Positions 18,398 to 29,628 are shown, counted from the first letter of the stretch. The stretch is 64,000 nucleotides of DNA from an uncultured Methylomirabilota bacterium (GCA_963705305.1 OY970067.1:4384001-4448000), one strand, 5' to 3'. Notes: generated by a model not told the origin, from the sequence alone. Numbers and translations are program-made.

Positions 18398-18910
18398 TCA
18401 CAGCCGGATGACCAACTCGTCGATGCCGAGGTCTTTCAGTTCCGCGAAATCCTGCCGCTTGAAGTCCTTCCCCTTCTTAACCAGCACGAGCTTCACCTGG
18501 TCGCCCAGCGGAATGGGGGGCCAGTGCCAATTCCCCTTGGGCAGCGCGACCCCGAGCTTGCCGTTCAAGTAAAAGGCCTTGATGCGGGACACATCGGGTT
18601 TATCGCCGGAAAGATCGATCGGGGCCATGACGAAAATGCATTCGCCTTCAACCGGCACGAAGATCTCCGAAGTCTCCGGGTGCCTCTCGAAGTACCTGAT
18701 GGCCCGCGCATTCTTGTTGCAGACGAGCAGCCCGCAATCGACCTGCTGATCCTCTTCGGGCCCGAGGTCCGCAGTCTTGGTCCAGTATTTCAGCACTTCC
18801 CTGGACACCTTTGGATCCCCCTTCTCCCTGCCCAGGATCTGCCCATAGGGGGCAAACTCTTCGTCGCTGACTTCGTCCAACGGGACGATCTTGATCTCGA
18901 GTCGGTTCAT
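18398..18910 (-). CDS. Ureidoglycolate lyase-like cupin
   Basis: FAPYGQI, ERHPETSEIF, GNWH. Confidence 0.75.
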   Translation of the reverse strand: MNRLEIKIVPLDEVSDEEFAPYGQILGREKGDPKVSREVLKYWTKTADLGPEEDQQVDCGLLVCNKNARAIRYFERHPETSEIFVPVEGECIFVMAPIDLSGDKPDVSRIKAFYLNGKLGVALPKGNWHWPPIPLGDQVKLVLVKKGKDFKRQDFAELKDLGIDELVIRL

Positions 18911-19273
18911 TTGTCCTCCCCGTGCGCCTCCATTCCAGCGCCGTGTTCCGATCTGGAAACTTAGAGCTTGACGGCTCCTTGACGGCGGTTATATCTTCGC
19001 CCCATCACAAACGTCAAGCCAATTCATCCGAAATGTTTCACCGCCACGGCCGCAAGGATCGCAAAGCATCGCCACGCTTCTTGGACGGCGGGGACGCCGG
19101 CCCTGCCAGAATCGCCCTCCCCGGCCAGAAATTTCAGGGCGATACGGAGGCCATCGGAAGCCGGACTGACCGAGCGCAGGACGCCATGCGCGACACGGAG
19201 GCGGCACGGAGTGACCTGGCACGTTTCAGGTCTTTTTCACCGGTTGCACGGGACCTCAGAAAGGGGGGCGGCT

Positions 19274-20530
19274 ATGCGAAGAGCTCTTTGGGTGGCGCTG
19301 GGCTGTCTGGTCGCGCTGTCGGTTTTGGTCGGGCCGGCAGGCAATGCCAATGCCCAGGAGAAGAAGATCGTTTACTGGACCAACTGGGACCAGAATCCCC
19401 AGTTCAACGAGTGGTACGCGACGATCGGAAAGGAATTCGCCAAGAAGTCCGGCTACGAGGTCCAGCTGGTGACGATCCCGTACGAGGGGTACCAGGCCAA
19501 GTACCTGGCCGCCTTCATGGGGGGGGCCGGCGCGCCCGACTTCTTCATGGGGACGGTCGCCCAGTGGTGCGGGCAATACGACTTCTGCGATAAGATGCCG
19601 GCCGACCTGGCGAAGACCTGGGATGAGAATCTCCCCGCCTACATGGTGGACTGGGGGAAGTGGAAGGGCGTGAGCTACGGTATCCCGCTCGAGCACGGGA
19701 ACTTCCAGCAGATGTACATCAACGTCGACATGTTCAAGAAGGCCGGCCTGAATCCCGACAAGCCGCCCAAGACGTTCGACGAATGGCTGGACGCGATGAA
19801 GAAGATCACCCACGGCGACGAGCAGGTCGGCTTTGCCCTGCGGTCCAAGGGCGCCCCCGTGGGCATCACGGACAAGTTTCTGCCCTTTGCCCATGCATGG
19901 GGCGCCCGCATGCTGAGCCCGAACCTGGACAAGGCCACCGGGTACGCCAACAGCCCGGAGATGGTGGCCGCCCTCCAGTTCTACGGGGACCTCATCAACA
20001 AGTACAAGGTGGCCAGCCTGGCGCTGGGCAGCCCCGAGGAGGCCTTTGGCCAGCAGCGGGCCGCCGTGATCTTCCGAGAGTCCTGGCTCTTCGGCTGGGT
20101 GAAGAAGAACTACCCGGCCGTCAACTTCAAGATCTACCCGCTGCCGTGCGAGAAGACCTGTCCGGGCGCAGGGAACCTGTTCCCCTGGGTGAACATGGTG
20201 TACAAGAACAGCCCGAACAAGAAGGTGGTCTGGGACTACCTGCGGTTCATCAGCAATGCCAAAGACGACCTGGCCCAGCACCAGCTGCAGGGGATCCTGC
20301 CGGTCTGGAAGGTGAACCAGAATACCGACTACGTGAAGTCGCGGCCCGATTACATCTCGACCAAGGAGATGCTCGCCCAGCCGGTGCCCCCGAACTACTA
20401 CTGCCCGAAGCTGAACGAGCTGGCCACGGCCTTCGGCGAGGCGATCCAGGGCGTGCTCTTCGGCAAGGGACAGCCGAAGCAGATGCTGGACCAGGCCGCG
20501 GCAAAGATGGATCAGATCCTCAAAGATTAG
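19274..20530 (+). CDS. Carbohydrate ABC substrate-binding protein
   Basis: Signal peptide, YGIP, YINVDMFKKAGL..PPKTFDE. Confidence 0.9.
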   Translation: MRRALWVALGCLVALSVLVGPAGNANAQEKKIVYWTNWDQNPQFNEWYATIGKEFAKKSGYEVQLVTIPYEGYQAKYLAAFMGGAGAPDFFMGTVAQWCGQYDFCDKMPADLAKTWDENLPAYMVDWGKWKGVSYGIPLEHGNFQQMYINVDMFKKAGLNPDKPPKTFDEWLDAMKKITHGDEQVGFALRSKGAPVGITDKFLPFAHAWGARMLSPNLDKATGYANSPEMVAALQFYGDLINKYKVASLALGSPEEAFGQQRAAVIFRESWLFGWVKKNYPAVNFKIYPLPCEKTCPGAGNLFPWVNMVYKNSPNKKVVWDYLRFISNAKDDLAQHQLQGILPVWKVNQNTDYVKSRPDYISTKEMLAQPVPPNYYCPKLNELATAFGEAIQGVLFGKGQPKQMLDQAAAKMDQILKD

Positions 20531-20633
20531 CCTGGATTCAGAGGGGGAGATAGGGGGAGGGGGCGAGAGGGAGACTTCGAACCCGCCTCCAACCCCCATC
20601 CCCCAACCCCATTAATTGGGGCAAAACCAGGAT

Positions 20634-20900
20634 ATCTCACGCAAAGCACGCAAAGGGCGCCATCGGTGAGGGGGAGCTGGGGTGAGGGGGGGAGGGGGAC
20701 GACAGAGAGCACAGAGCATGGGGCATAGCGCGAAGGGTGAAAGGTGCCGCGGAGAAGGTGGAATGCGGGACCCCTGACTACTGACCACCCTCCGGGCCGT
20801 AGGCCCTCCCTCCGGGGTGGAGCCCCTCCGGGGTGGAACCCGGGCCGGAGGCTGCCTACTGCATACTGGAAATGGCGAGCCTGGCGATCTTTGCGTGAGA
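20634..20900. repeat. Composite nested repeat element bounded by TCTCACGCAAAG/CTTTGCGTGAGA; related copies 31543-31820 and (inverted) 32891-33178
   Basis: More than 100 bp near-identical core shared by three loci. Confidence 0.85.
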
Positions 20901-21018
20901 CCGGGTTCGAATTTCTCTCGAAGAGGTACAGGAGGGCCGGGGGGCTGGGGAGCGAAGAAGGGGAAGTGACGCGAGGAGACGAGGAAGCGGCGCTCCGAGC
21001 GGGAAAGATGCCGGAGCT

Positions 21019-21927
21019 GTGAACATGTGGCGGCGGATGATCTTCCCGAGAAACTACACGGACCGCCAGCGGCGGGCGGGGTTCCTGTTCGTCCTGCCTG
21101 CCGTGCTGTTTTTCAGCTTTGTGTACCTCCTGCCCCTCGTGCAATCCGTGATCGGCTCGTTCTACCGGACACTCCCGGGCGGGGCCAGCCGCTACGTCGG
21201 CGCCCAGCAATACCAGAAAGTCCTGACCGACGACGCCTTTTGGTCGGCCGTTCGCAACACCCTGAGCCTCCTCGTGATGTCCGTCCCCATCACCGTGGTC
21301 CTGGCCCTCCTGGTGGCGTTGGGACTGAACCGGATCGGAAGACTCCGCTGGCGGAGCGCGTGGGCGTTGATGTACTTCCTGCCCTTCGCCTCTTCCCTTG
21401 TCGCCGCATCGCTGGTCTGGCAGTGGATATACGACCCGGCCTACGGCGTCCTCAATTACTTCCTGTCCTTCGCCGGCATCCCGCCGCAGAAGTTTCTCCA
21501 GAGCATCAGCCAGGTGCGTCCGTCCATCGCGGCGATCAACATCTGGCTTCGCCTCGGGTTTGACACCATGATCTTCCTGGCGGGGCTGCAATCCATCCCC
21601 GGCGAGTTCTACGAGGCGGCGGCGATCGACGGCGCCAGTGGCATGCAGCGGCTGCGCCGAATCACTATCCCCCTGCTCAACCCACAGATCCTCATGGTCT
21701 GCATTCTGGAGCTGATCTTCAACTTTCAGATCTTCGATCAGGCGTATGCCACGACGCAAGGCGGGCCGGCCGGGAGCAGCGAGACCATCATCATGCTGCT
21801 GTACGACACCGCCTTCAAGTTCTTCCGGCTGGGCGAGGCGTCGGTCATCGCCGTGTTCGTGTTCGTCACCCTGCTTGTCGTGACACTGCTGCAATGGCGA
21901 CTCTTTCGCAAACCGGTCGAGTACTAG
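21019..21927 (+). CDS. Carbohydrate ABC permease
   Basis: EAAAIDGA motif, TQGGP. Confidence 0.92.
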   Translation: MNMWRRMIFPRNYTDRQRRAGFLFVLPAVLFFSFVYLLPLVQSVIGSFYRTLPGGASRYVGAQQYQKVLTDDAFWSAVRNTLSLLVMSVPITVVLALLVALGLNRIGRLRWRSAWALMYFLPFASSLVAASLVWQWIYDPAYGVLNYFLSFAGIPPQKFLQSISQVRPSIAAINIWLRLGFDTMIFLAGLQSIPGEFYEAAAIDGASGMQRLRRITIPLLNPQILMVCILELIFNFQIFDQAYATTQGGPAGSSETIIMLLYDTAFKFFRLGEASVIAVFVFVTLLVVTLLQWRLFRKPVEY

Positions 21928-22796
21928 GGACCCGCGCCGGCGGCGGCCCGGCGGGGAAGCCTGCCCTGCTGGCGCACGCGCTGCGCCTGCGGTGGATTGG
22001 CGCGCTCCTCGTCGCGTGCGGCGCCCTCACGGTGTTCTTCCCCTTTTTCTGGATGGCCGTCACCTCGCTCAAGACCGCGCCGGAGATCCAGCGCCTGCCG
22101 CTCAAGATCTTCCCCGATCACTGGACCTACCTGAAGAACTACTGGGAGGTCTTTCAGCGCGAGCCCTTCGGGCGCTACCTCCTCAACAGCGCCCTGGTGG
22201 CCTCCATCTCCGCCGTGAGCAGCCTGGTGGTCTCATCCCTGGCCGGATACGGCTTTGCCAAGTTCCGATTCCCCGGCCGCGAGCTCTTTTCCCTCGGCAT
22301 CGTCAGCATCCTGATGGTCCCGTTCCAGTCCGTGGTGGTGCCCCTCTACATGTGGATGAACCGCTTGGGGCTGCTGGATACCTACCTGGGCATCGTCGCC
22401 CCCGACCTGGTCAGCGTCTTCGGCGTCTTCCTCATGCGCCAGGCCATCGAGGTCATCCCCAATGACTACATCGACGCCGCGCGGATCGACGGCTGCGGCG
22501 AGCTGCGCATCTTCCTCAGGGTCATCCTGCCCTCGGTGAAGCCGGCCCTGGCCACCCTGCTGATCATCAAGTTCATGTGGAGCTGGAACGGCTTTTTCTG
22601 GCCCTTGATCGTCATCAATTCCCCCTCGATGAAGGTGGTCACCATGGGGCTGATGAGCTTCACCAACATCTACTTCATCGAGAACAACCTGGTCACTGCC
22701 GCAGCCGTGCTCAGCATCCTGCCCATCCTGGTGATCTTCCTGGTACTGCAGAAATGGGTAGTCCAGGCGGTGGTGATGAGCGGACTGAAGGGGTGA
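21894..22796 (+). CDS. Carbohydrate ABC permease
   Basis: DAARIDGC motif, C-terminal SGLKG; start uncertain. Confidence 0.9.
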   Translation: MATLSQTGRVLGTRAGGGPAGKPALLAHALRLRWIGALLVACGALTVFFPFFWMAVTSLKTAPEIQRLPLKIFPDHWTYLKNYWEVFQREPFGRYLLNSALVASISAVSSLVVSSLAGYGFAKFRFPGRELFSLGIVSILMVPFQSVVVPLYMWMNRLGLLDTYLGIVAPDLVSVFGVFLMRQAIEVIPNDYIDAARIDGCGELRIFLRVILPSVKPALATLLIIKFMWSWNGFFWPLIVINSPSMKVVTMGLMSFTNIYFIENNLVTAAAVLSILPILVIFLVLQKWVVQAVVMSGLKG

Positions 22797-23107
22797 GGGG
22801 GCGAGGGGGAGAGCGGGAGAACGGGGAACCGGAGAATCGGGGAGCTGGAGAAAGAGCGCTGACGCGCACGAGCGCAGAGGCGAAGAGGCGCGGGGGCGCT
22901 AGGGCGAACGTGAAATACAGGACCACTGACCGCTGACTTCCCTCCGGGCCGTAGGCCCTCCCTCCGGGGTGGAGCCCCTCCGGGGTGGAACCCCTACGGG
23001 GTGGAACCCGGGCCGGAGGCTGACTCCTGGCCCCTGCCTACTGCTTACTGCCTACTGGCAATGGCGATCTTTGCGATGCAAGGTACAAACTTAAACCGGA
23101 AAGGTGA

Positions 23108-24793
23108 ATGATGAATTCGCGTGAGACATCGGTGGCTGCGTTCGGTCAGCCGGGTATGGCCCGCTCTCGGGCCCTCATCAAGGCCATGGGGTTCGACGAC
23201 GAGGACATCCGGCGTCCCCGGATCGGCGTGGCCAACACCTGGAGCGAGACCAGCCCCGGCCACTCGCACCTCAAGGGCGTGGCGGAGGCGGTCAAAGCCG
23301 GCATCTGGCAGGCGGGCGGGACGCCGTACGAGTTCGGCGGATTCGGCCAGTGCCCCATGGACGTGGGCCGCTCGGGGGTCCGCTTCGACACGCCGACGCG
23401 GGACATCATCGCCGCCGACGTCGAGACCTGCGCCCAGATCCACTGCTTTGACGGTCTGGTCCTGATCAGCAGCTGCGACAAGAACGTGCCAGGCCACCTG
23501 CTGGCCGCCGCTCGTCTGGATCTTCCCGCCATCATCCTGACGGGCGGACCCATGCTCGCCGGCCGCTATCGGGGGAAAGACACCATCATCACCGACCTGG
23601 ACACCGAGGCCTGGGCCTGCGGCGTCGGCCGGCCCCGCCTCGGGCCCGAGGACCTGGCAGAGATCGAGAATGCCGCCTGCCCCACCGCCGGCTCTTGCGC
23701 ACTGCTGGGCACCGCCAACACGATGCAGTGCCTTTCGGAGGCGGTCGGCCTGGCCCTTCCGGGATCGGCAACCGCGCCGGCGGTCTCGGCCGAGCGTCTC
23801 TGGTTTGCCAGGCAGGCCGGCCGGCAGATCATGGCGCTGGTGCAGGAAGACCTCCGCCCAAGCCGGATCCTCACCCAGCAGGCCCTGGAGAACATGATCC
23901 GCGTCCTGCACGCCATCGGCGGCTCCACCAACGCTGTGGTCCACATCCTGGCCTTGGCCCAGGAGCTCGACCTGGGGGACGTGATCACGCTGGAGACGGT
24001 GGAGGCGCTCTCGAAACAGGTGGACTGCTTCGTGGCCGTCCGGCCCAGCGGTCCCTACACGATGCAGGACTTCGATGAGGCGGGAGGCATTCCGGCCGTC
24101 ATGAAATCGCTGGGGAGCCGGCTGCACCTCGATTGCCGTACCGTCAGCGGGCGAACGGTGGAGGCGAATCTCCAGGCCGCCCGCGTCCAGCGGCCCGAGG
24201 TGATCCGCCCGCTGGACCAGCCGGTCTTCCGGGGAGGCCTGGCCATCCTGCGGGGAAGCCTGGCCGCGTCGGCGGTTGTCCGGCCCACCGTCGTCCCCGA
24301 GCAGATGATGAAGCACACCGGCCCGGCCCGCACATTCGACTCGCTGGAATCCTGCCTCGAAGGTTTGCGCTCGGGGCAAGTCAAGCCGGGCGACGTCATC
24401 ATCCTGCGCTACGAGGGGCCTCGCGGCGGCCCCGGCCTGACCGAGGTGTTCAAGGTCCTGGGGTTCATGGGGGCCCTGGGCCTCGACAAGTCCTGCGCCT
24501 TCGTGACGGACGGGAAGATCTCGGGATTCGCCAAGGGGCCGTTCATCTGCCAGGTCTCCCCCGAGGCCGCCCTGGGCGGGCCGATCGCGCTGGTCCGGGA
24601 CGGAGACCGGATCGAGGTGGACATCCCCGGCCGCCGGTTGGACCTGCTGGTGCCGCCCGCCGAGTTGGAAAGGCGGCGCGCCGCCTGGACCTGCCCTCCG
24701 CCGCGCGTCTCTCGGGGCTTCCTCAGCCTGTACGCCCGCCTGGCCGAGCCGACGGAGCGCGGCGCCGGCCTGCCGGTCCGTAACGCCGGCTAG
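23108..24793 (+). CDS. IlvD/Edd-family dehydratase
   Basis: CDKNVPG, GTANTM, GGSTNA, YEGPRGGPG, TDG.ISG. Confidence 0.92.
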   Translation: MMNSRETSVAAFGQPGMARSRALIKAMGFDDEDIRRPRIGVANTWSETSPGHSHLKGVAEAVKAGIWQAGGTPYEFGGFGQCPMDVGRSGVRFDTPTRDIIAADVETCAQIHCFDGLVLISSCDKNVPGHLLAAARLDLPAIILTGGPMLAGRYRGKDTIITDLDTEAWACGVGRPRLGPEDLAEIENAACPTAGSCALLGTANTMQCLSEAVGLALPGSATAPAVSAERLWFARQAGRQIMALVQEDLRPSRILTQQALENMIRVLHAIGGSTNAVVHILALAQELDLGDVITLETVEALSKQVDCFVAVRPSGPYTMQDFDEAGGIPAVMKSLGSRLHLDCRTVSGRTVEANLQAARVQRPEVIRPLDQPVFRGGLAILRGSLAASAVVRPTVVPEQMMKHTGPARTFDSLESCLEGLRSGQVKPGDVIILRYEGPRGGPGLTEVFKVLGFMGALGLDKSCAFVTDGKISGFAKGPFICQVSPEAALGGPIALVRDGDRIEVDIPGRRLDLLVPPAELERRRAAWTCPPPRVSRGFLSLYARLAEPTERGAGLPVRNAG

Positions 24794-24836
24794 CGCAGAC
24801 CGCGCCACCGACGGTAAAGGGAGCAAGCGGGGACGG

Positions 24837-26108
24837 TCAGGGCGAGAGGAACGGGTCGGACCAGATGCCCTCGCCGGGCGTGAACGATTCCAGCGAGCGG
24901 CGCAGCCGCTGGAGGAAGCGGCCGGCGACGGCCCCGTCCACGGCGCGGTGGTCGTAGGAAAGGCAGAGATAGCCCATCCAGCGGATGGCGATGACATCTT
25001 CGCCGGCCTGGGACAGGACGACCGGCCGCTTGGCGATCGTGCCCACCCCCAAGATTCCCACCTCGGGCTGATTGAGCACCGGCGTGCCGATCAGGTTTCC
25101 GTCCGCCCCGAAATTGTTCACCGTGAAGGTGCCGCCGGTCAGCTCGTCCGGAAGAAGCCTTCCCGCCTGGGCCCTCCTCGTCATCTGCGCGATGGTCACC
25201 GCGATATCGGTGAGGCTGCGGGACCGCGGGCTGCGCAGGACGGGCACCACCAGGCCGTCTTCCAGGGCAATGGCAATCCCCAGGTGGACGGCCTTGCGCA
25301 CGTAGATCCCCTCCTCGCTCCAGCGGGCGTTCAAGGTGGGAAATTCCGGCAAGAGGTGGGCCGCCGCCTTGACGATGAACGGCAGGAAGGTCAAAGGGAC
25401 GCCCCTGGCCTCCCGAAAGGCGGCCTTCTTGGCGTCCCGGAACCGCGCCACCGCCGTGAAATCCGCTTCCGAGACGGACGTGACGTGCGGGGCCCCGCGG
25501 AGGCTGCGCACCATGTGTTCCGCGATGCTCTGCCGCATCTTCGTCATGGGAAGAAGCTCTTCCCCCTCCACCTCCACTACCGGCGCTGCGGCGTCGCTGC
25601 CGACGGCAATGCCGGGTCCGGCAAAGGTCAACTTTCGATCACGGGCCTGCGCATACGCTTCGACGTCCCTCCGGGTGACGCGGCCTCCCTGCCCCGTCCC
25701 CGTGACGTCGTCCAGGTTAACCCCCAGGTCGGCGGCCAGCCGGCGGACCGCCGGCGAATGGAACGGGCCCTCGCGCTGCTCGGGAGCAGCCGCGACCGGC
25801 CCAGGCGCCGGCGGCTCTGCAACGGTGACAGGCGGCTCCGACCCCAGGTCCACACCGGTTCCCGAGGCAAACCCCTCCACGATCACGGCCAGTGTAAAGC
25901 CCACCGGAGCCACCTCGCCGGCCTTCACGCGCACCTGGGAGAGCACCCCGCCGGCCGGCGCCGGGATCTCGGCCTCCACCTTTTCGGTGGAGATGGCCAG
26001 AATGGGCTCATCCTTCTCGACGCGATCGCCCTCTTGCTTCAGCCACTCAATGACGGTTCCCTCGGCCACGCTTTCGCCGAGCTGCGGCATGATGATGGGG
26101 ACGGCCAT
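24837..26108 (-). CDS. 2-oxoacid dehydrogenase E2 (dihydrolipoamide acyltransferase)
   Basis: PQLGESV, lipoyl STEKV, SPAVRRLA, YDHRAVDG. Confidence 0.95.
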   Translation of the reverse strand: MAVPIIMPQLGESVAEGTVIEWLKQEGDRVEKDEPILAISTEKVEAEIPAPAGGVLSQVRVKAGEVAPVGFTLAVIVEGFASGTGVDLGSEPPVTVAEPPAPGPVAAAPEQREGPFHSPAVRRLAADLGVNLDDVTGTGQGGRVTRRDVEAYAQARDRKLTFAGPGIAVGSDAAAPVVEVEGEELLPMTKMRQSIAEHMVRSLRGAPHVTSVSEADFTAVARFRDAKKAAFREARGVPLTFLPFIVKAAAHLLPEFPTLNARWSEEGIYVRKAVHLGIAIALEDGLVVPVLRSPRSRSLTDIAVTIAQMTRRAQAGRLLPDELTGGTFTVNNFGADGNLIGTPVLNQPEVGILGVGTIAKRPVVLSQAGEDVIAIRWMGYLCLSYDHRAVDGAVAGRFLQRLRRSLESFTPGEGIWSDPFLSP

Positions 26109-26126
26109 GGGGGCGCTCCGTAAGTC

Positions 26127-26270
26127 GCGGTTCTAGGTTCGAAGTTCGAGGTTCTAGGTTTGAAAACCGCCAACATAGAACTGCAGCACCTAGAACTGTT
26201 CTTTACCGCAGCACTTAGAACCGTTCGCTACCGCCGAACCGCGAACCTCCGCACCTAGAACCGTTTCCAA
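26127..26270. repeat. TTCTAGG/TTCGAGG heptamer hairpin repeats (family F); also 27262-27508 and 62942-63320
   Basis: Shared GGTTCTAGGTT...ACCGCC...CTGCAGCACCTAGAAC blocks. Confidence 0.85.
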
Positions 26271-26272
26271 CC

Positions 26273-27247
26273 TCAGAACGCGGCCAGCTCTTCCGCCGCG
26301 GCCGCGATACGATCGGCGTCGGGGAAAAAGGCCTCCTCCAGCGGCGCCGAAAACGGCACCGGGGTGTCGGGGGCCGTGACCCGCGTGATCGGCCCATCCA
26401 GCCGGTCGAATGCCGATTCGGCGACGATCGCGGCGACCTCGCCGCCGATGCCACCCGTACGCGTGGCCTCGTGGACGATCAGAACCTTGCCGGTCCTTCG
26501 AGCCGAGGCAACGATGGCCTCGCGATCCAGCGGCAGGAGCGTCCGGAGATCCAGGATCTCCACGGAGATGCCTTTCCGGGCCAGGCGCGTGGCCGCGTCG
26601 AAGGACTGGTGGACCATGGCCCCGTACGTGATGATGCTGAGGTCGGCCCCCTCGCGCTTCACCTCGGCCTTGCCGATGGGCACCAGGAAGTCGTCGTCGA
26701 GCACGCGCCCCTTGATGCGCCGGTACAGGTATTTGTGCTCGAAGAATATGACCGGATCCGGATCACGGATGGCAGCCTTCAGCAGTCCCTTGGCATCCGC
26801 GGGGGTAGAGGGCGCCAGGACCTTCAGGCCCGGCACATGCACGAACCAAGCCTCCGGGCTCTGCGAGTGAAAGGGTCCGGCGTGCACCCGGCCCCCGGAA
26901 GGCCCGCGGATGACCAGGGGGACGCTGGAGCCGGTCCGGTAATGGAACTTGGCGGCCATGTTGACGATCTGGTCAAAAGCGCAGGCGATGAAATCGATGA
27001 ACTGCATCTCCACCACGGGACGCAGCCCCATGAGCGCGGCGCCCGTAGCGGCGCCCACGATGGCCGACTCCGCGATGGGCGTATCGATCACCCGGTCTTC
27101 CCCGAATTTCTCCAGAAAGCCTTGGGTGATCTTGAATGCGCCCCCGTACGCACCGATATCCTCGCCGATCAAAAACACCCGCTCGTCCCGCTCCATCTCT
27201 TCCCAGAGCGCCTGCCGGATCGCTTCGATGTAAGTGATTTCAGCCAT
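26273..27247 (-). CDS. 2-oxoacid dehydrogenase E1 beta
   Basis: GEDIG, DTPIAE, EMQFIDF, HSQSPE. Confidence 0.95.
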   Translation of the reverse strand: MAEITYIEAIRQALWEEMERDERVFLIGEDIGAYGGAFKITQGFLEKFGEDRVIDTPIAESAIVGAATGAALMGLRPVVEMQFIDFIACAFDQIVNMAAKFHYRTGSSVPLVIRGPSGGRVHAGPFHSQSPEAWFVHVPGLKVLAPSTPADAKGLLKAAIRDPDPVIFFEHKYLYRRIKGRVLDDDFLVPIGKAEVKREGADLSIITYGAMVHQSFDAATRLARKGISVEILDLRTLLPLDREAIVASARRTGKVLIVHEATRTGGIGGEVAAIVAESAFDRLDGPITRVTAPDTPVPFSAPLEEAFFPDADRIAAAAEELAAF

Positions 27248-27508
27248 AGGAAATGAATAGCCGTTCGAGGTTCTAGGCTCGAGGTTCGTGCGTAGCGGTT
27301 CTAGGTTCGAGGTTCTAGGTTAAAACCGCCGCACCGTCAACTGCAGCACCTAGAACCGTTCTTAACCGCAGCATGTCGAGCCGTCACTAACAACGGTCCA
27401 CTAGTTCGAGGTTCGAGGTTCTAGGTTTGAGAACTGACAACCTCGAACCGCCGCACCTAGAACTGTTCTCTACCGCAGCACCTCGAACCGCAGCACTTCC
27501 AACCGTTC

Positions 27509-28480
27509 CTAGGTTGAATAGACCCCTTCCTCCACATCCTTCCCGTCGGGAAAGGGGCTGGCCTCGGCCCAGGTCACGGCAGCCTCCAGCTCGGAGGCAA
27601 TGCGGCGGGCCATCTCGCCTTCCCGCACCGCATCCAGCACCCCCCACTCCATCAGGCGCGACTTGAACTGCTGGACGGGGTCCCTGGCGCCCCAGGCCTC
27701 GAGGAGGTCACGGGGCACATATGATGCGTCGTCGTGCTCCGAGTGGCCGCGCATCCGCATGGTCTTGCACTCGATCAGGCTGGGCCCCTCGCCGCAGCGA
27801 GCCCGCGCCACCGCCTCGCTCGCCGCCTTATACACGGCCAGGACGTCGTTTCCATCCACGATGGATCCCGGAATGCCGTAGCCGGGAGCCCGGGCTGCGA
27901 TGTCGGCGACGCGGGCCTGCTTGGCGAGCGGCGTCGAGTAGGCGTACTGGTTGTTGTTGCAGACGAACACCACTGGAACCTGAAGGACCGCGGCCAGGTT
28001 CACCCCTTCGTGAAAGTCGCCCCGGCTGGCGGCCCCCTCGCCGAACCAGGTCATCGCCACCCGCCCCTTGCCCTCGCGTTTGAGCGCCAGCGCGACGCCG
28101 GCCGCCACCGGGATGCCGTTGGCCATCGGGCTGATGAAGGCGATATCGTTCCGGCGCATGTCCCCGTAGTGGACGTTGCCGTCCCGCCCGCGGGTCGGAC
28201 CGCCCAGCCGTCCCAAATATTGGGCCACCACCTCGCGCGGCTGGATGCCGCGCAGCAGGTGCGCGCCCAGATCGCGGTGGGAAGGGACGATGACGTCGCC
28301 CTCCCCCAGCGCGAAGGCGGCCCCGATGGAGACGGCCTCCTGTCCCGTGCACAGGTACACCCCGCCGAAGATCTTTCCCTGACGGTACAGGATGGCAAGG
28401 CGCTCTTCGAGGAATCGCGTGAGGCGAAGATGGTAATAGATGTCGAGAAGCTGATCGCTGGTCAGCCCAGACTCGTCCAC
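27509..28480 (-). CDS. 2-oxoacid dehydrogenase E1 alpha
   Basis: GQEA, TPP motif GEGA...NNQYAYST, RGHSEHD. Confidence 0.95.
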   Translation of the reverse strand: MDESGLTSDQLLDIYYHLRLTRFLEERLAILYRQGKIFGGVYLCTGQEAVSIGAAFALGEGDVIVPSHRDLGAHLLRGIQPREVVAQYLGRLGGPTRGRDGNVHYGDMRRNDIAFISPMANGIPVAAGVALALKREGKGRVAMTWFGEGAASRGDFHEGVNLAAVLQVPVVFVCNNNQYAYSTPLAKQARVADIAARAPGYGIPGSIVDGNDVLAVYKAASEAVARARCGEGPSLIECKTMRMRGHSEHDDASYVPRDLLEAWGARDPVQQFKSRLMEWGVLDAVREGEMARRIASELEAAVTWAEASPFPDGKDVEEGVYST

Positions 28481-28632
28481 GAGCGCCCCCCTCCCGGGCC
28501 CCTAGTTTTCCTGTTTCAGTCCGCACAAATTGTGCAATAAGTTGGCCGCCCCCGGCGGCGGCCACCTATATTGCGAACCACTGGAGCGGCAACCAGGCGC
28601 CCGCGGACCCCCCGTAGTCCGCCGCCGGCTTC

Positions 28633-29625
28633 TTACCCGCCGATGGCGGACATGGATCGTTCCGGCTTGATGAAATCAGGCTGGTTGATCTTGTGCCCCG
28701 CTTCCTTCTTCCAGACGGCGGCGATGATGAAGTCCGCCAACTCCTCGTCGGTCGCCCCGGAGCGCAGGAGCCCCTTGAGGTCGTGCTCGTGAAGGGAGAA
28801 CAGACAGGTGCGCAATTGGCCGTCGGCGGTGATGCGGACGCGGTTGCAGTGGTCGCAGAACGGCTGGCTGACCGAAGCGATGATTCCCACGGATCCGCGC
28901 CCGTCGGCAAAGCGGTAGACGGAGGCCGGCTCGCTTCCGTTGTCGTTCTTGGGCAGGACGGGGAAGGCCTCGTGGACGCGGGCCAGGATCTCGGCCCCCG
29001 TCACCACGCTCCCCATGTTCCACTCGCCCTGAGCATCCAGGGGCATGAACTCGATGAAGCGCACCTGGTAGTCCTGCTCGCGGCCCAGGCGGACGAATTC
29101 CACGATCTCGTCGTCGTTGTAGCCGCGCATGATCACGCAGTTCAGCTTGATGGGCGAAAGCCCCGCCCGGCGGGCCTCGCGCAGGCCGTCCAGGATCTTG
29201 AAGACCAGCTGGCCGTCCCGGCGGACCATGCGCTCGAACCGCTCGGGGCTCAGCGAATCCAGGCTGACGTTGATGCGCTTCAGTCCCGCCCCCGCCAGAC
29301 GGCCGACCCGCTCTAGGAGGAAGAAGCCGTTCGTGGTCATGGAGAGATCCAGCTCGGGCTTCAGACGGATCAGCCCCTCGATCAGGCGGTCGATGTCCTT
29401 CCGCATCAGCGGCTCGCCGCCGGTCAGCCGGACGGTCTGAATTCCCAGGTCGATGAAGATGCGCGCCAGGCGGAGGATCTCCTCATAGGTCAGGACCTCG
29501 CGCTTGGGCAGCCAGGGCAGCCCCTCGGCGGGCATGCAGTAGACACAGCGGAAGTTGCAGCGGTCGGTGAGGGAGATCCGCAGGTCATCGATGCTTCGGC
29601 CAAAGGTGTCCTTCAGACGCGACAC
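28633..29625 (-). CDS. moaA: GTP 3',8-cyclase
   Basis: CNFRCVYC, FCDHCNRVR...CL, C-terminal SAIGG. Confidence 0.96.
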   Translation of the reverse strand: MSRLKDTFGRSIDDLRISLTDRCNFRCVYCMPAEGLPWLPKREVLTYEEILRLARIFIDLGIQTVRLTGGEPLMRKDIDRLIEGLIRLKPELDLSMTTNGFFLLERVGRLAGAGLKRINVSLDSLSPERFERMVRRDGQLVFKILDGLREARRAGLSPIKLNCVIMRGYNDDEIVEFVRLGREQDYQVRFIEFMPLDAQGEWNMGSVVTGAEILARVHEAFPVLPKNDNGSEPASVYRFADGRGSVGIIASVSQPFCDHCNRVRITADGQLRTCLFSLHEHDLKGLLRSGATDEELADFIIAAVWKKEAGHKINQPDFIKPERSMSAIGG

Positions 29626-29628
29626 GAC